The position numbers and the translations under genes were made by a program. A DNA stretch of 64,000 bases from Octopus sinensis (Eukaryota), in assembly GCF_006345805.1 (NCBI RefSeq), contig NC_043010.1:66836001-66900000 (forward strand), in the 5' to 3' direction. Below the pieces are notes generated by a model. It was not told the origin of the DNA, did no database searches, and saw only the letters and a program-made list of their open reading frames with translations. Below, in pieces: positions 62,611-64,000 of the stretch (positions are counted from its first letter, which is position 1; the number at the start of each line of letters is the position of its first letter).

Positions 62611-63578
62611 TTAGAGTATGTTTAGTTGTGGTCTGTATTTTTGAATAAGATTACTTTCCCTATTTATTCGTGTTTGGTCTGTGGTGTTGTCCGAGCATTG
62701 GTATAGTGGGAAGACTAAGAATTTGGGGGACTTATTGTGTGCACAAAGGTCTAAGTGTCCACTTAGTGGTATCTGTCTTGTAGAGGGGTCCCTCAGTTGT
62801 TGTCGGTGAACTGTCATTCTTTCTCTGAGGGTAAGGCTCGTTTGCCCTATGTAGTCTTCGTGGCATCCTTCACACCTTATGACGCAGAGTAAATCTTTTG
62901 ATGCGCACGTGAAATTATTTTTTATGATGAATGTGTGTCCCGAGTGGAGCTTGTACGTCGATCCCTCAATGAGGTGGATGCAAGTCCTGCAGTTGGGGCG
63001 ACCACATTTTTTGATGGTGGGCGGTGGGTTTGTGTTGTGTAATTTTGCGTTGGTGAGGAGGTTTTTTAGGGATTTAGGTTGTCTCTTACTTTTTATTATT
63101 TTATGAGCTGCCAGTATTTTTTTCAGGCGTGGGTCTTGATTTAGTTGTGGAATGTTGTTGTATATAATAGTGTAAGCTTCTGCATTTCTTGGGTTGTGTG
63201 TTGAGAGATAGGGGAGGCTATTTACTGTACTGTGGATGTGTTTGGTTTTCGTAGGTCTTGAGTGTTGATTGATTTGGCCCGTTCTATTCCGTTGTCTACT
63301 AGTGATGCCGGGTAATGTCTTTCGAGAAGAATTGCCCTTAGTTCCCGGAGTCTTCTATTTCGTGTTGTGTCATTTGAGACAATAGTGCAGATTCTTCTCG
63401 CTAGGTTGAAGGGGATATTTGTCTTTGTGTGTTTTGGGTGATTGGAGGTGAATAGAAGGTATTGTTTAGAGTCAGTGGGTTTGTAATGGATGTCAGTTTC
63501 AATATTGACGCCTTTTTTAATGATTAGAATGTCAAGAAGAGGGAGTTGGTCCTGACTATATTCCATTGTGAATTGAAT
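62611..63578 (-). mobile_element. Neptune-type Penelope-like element, 5'-truncated ORF (RT C-terminus, Zn linker, GIY-YIG)
   Basis: LPLLDILI...YKPTDSKQYL...HP...NIPFNLARRI, then CGRPNCRTC, then FTCASKDLLCVIRCEGCHEDYIGQT...RERMTVH...RESNLI...PQLN. One frameshift near 63245. Confidence 0.9.
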
Positions 63579-64000
63579 CTCCAATCACCCAAAACACACA
63601 AAGACAAATATCCCCTTCAACCTAGCGAGAAGAATCTGCACTATTGTCTCAAATGACACAACACGAAATAGAAGACTCCGGGAACTAAGGGCAATTCTTC
63701 TCGAAAGACATTACCCGGCATCACTAGTAGACAACGGAATAGAACGGGCCAAATCAATCAACACTCAAGACCTACGAAAACCCAAACACATCCACAGTAC
63801 AGTAAATAGCCTCCCCTATCTCTCAACACACAATCCAAGGAATGCAGAAGCTTACACTATTATATACAACAACATTCCACAACTAAATCAAGACCCACGC
63901 CTGAAAAAAATACTGGCAGCTCATAAAATAATAAAAAGTAAGAGACAACCTAAATCCCTAAAAAACCTCCTCACCAACGCAAAATTACACAACACAAACC
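63579..64000 (+). mobile_element. Inverted duplicate of the Neptune ORF, running off the window
   Basis: Reverse complement of 63027-63447; the reading frame is open throughout. Confidence 0.92.

Overview
Repeat-dense, AT-rich animal genomic DNA. It is most likely octopus or another cephalopod; this is inferred from three abundant tRNA-derived SINE families, the TTAGGG repeats and the microsatellite load, not from a database match. There is one 100-N gap at 35447-35546. No complete gene is present. The best host-gene evidence is a probable first coding exon of RRP12 on the minus strand (2415-2562). The rest is mostly nested mobile DNA: SINEs (called A, B and C here), non-LTR fragments (RTE, Rex3/Expander-like, CR1, Tx1/L1, R4/Dong-like), a Neptune-type Penelope-like element with an inverted duplication, Helitrons (one coding remnant and several non-autonomous copies), mariner elements, and long microsatellites including about 4 kb of degenerate (TATG)n. 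Most ORF-track entries are translated microsatellites. The top lead is two diverged copies (32452-32985 and 44797-45174) of a small non-coding element. Each copy has a minimal type I hammerhead ribozyme, a ~126-bp inverted duplication, a ~40-nt unpaired tail and its own 12-bp target-site duplication; copy 1 also shows a 352-nt circularly permuted unit, as in retrozymes or mini Penelope-like elements. Other leads: two further intact-core hammerheads, a TIR-bounded element carrying telomeric repeats, three back-to-back palindromes, several retroelements confined to (TAA)n arrays, and a 3' stem-loop shared by a SINE and a Tx1 LINE. All structures were read by eye and none has been computed or searched.
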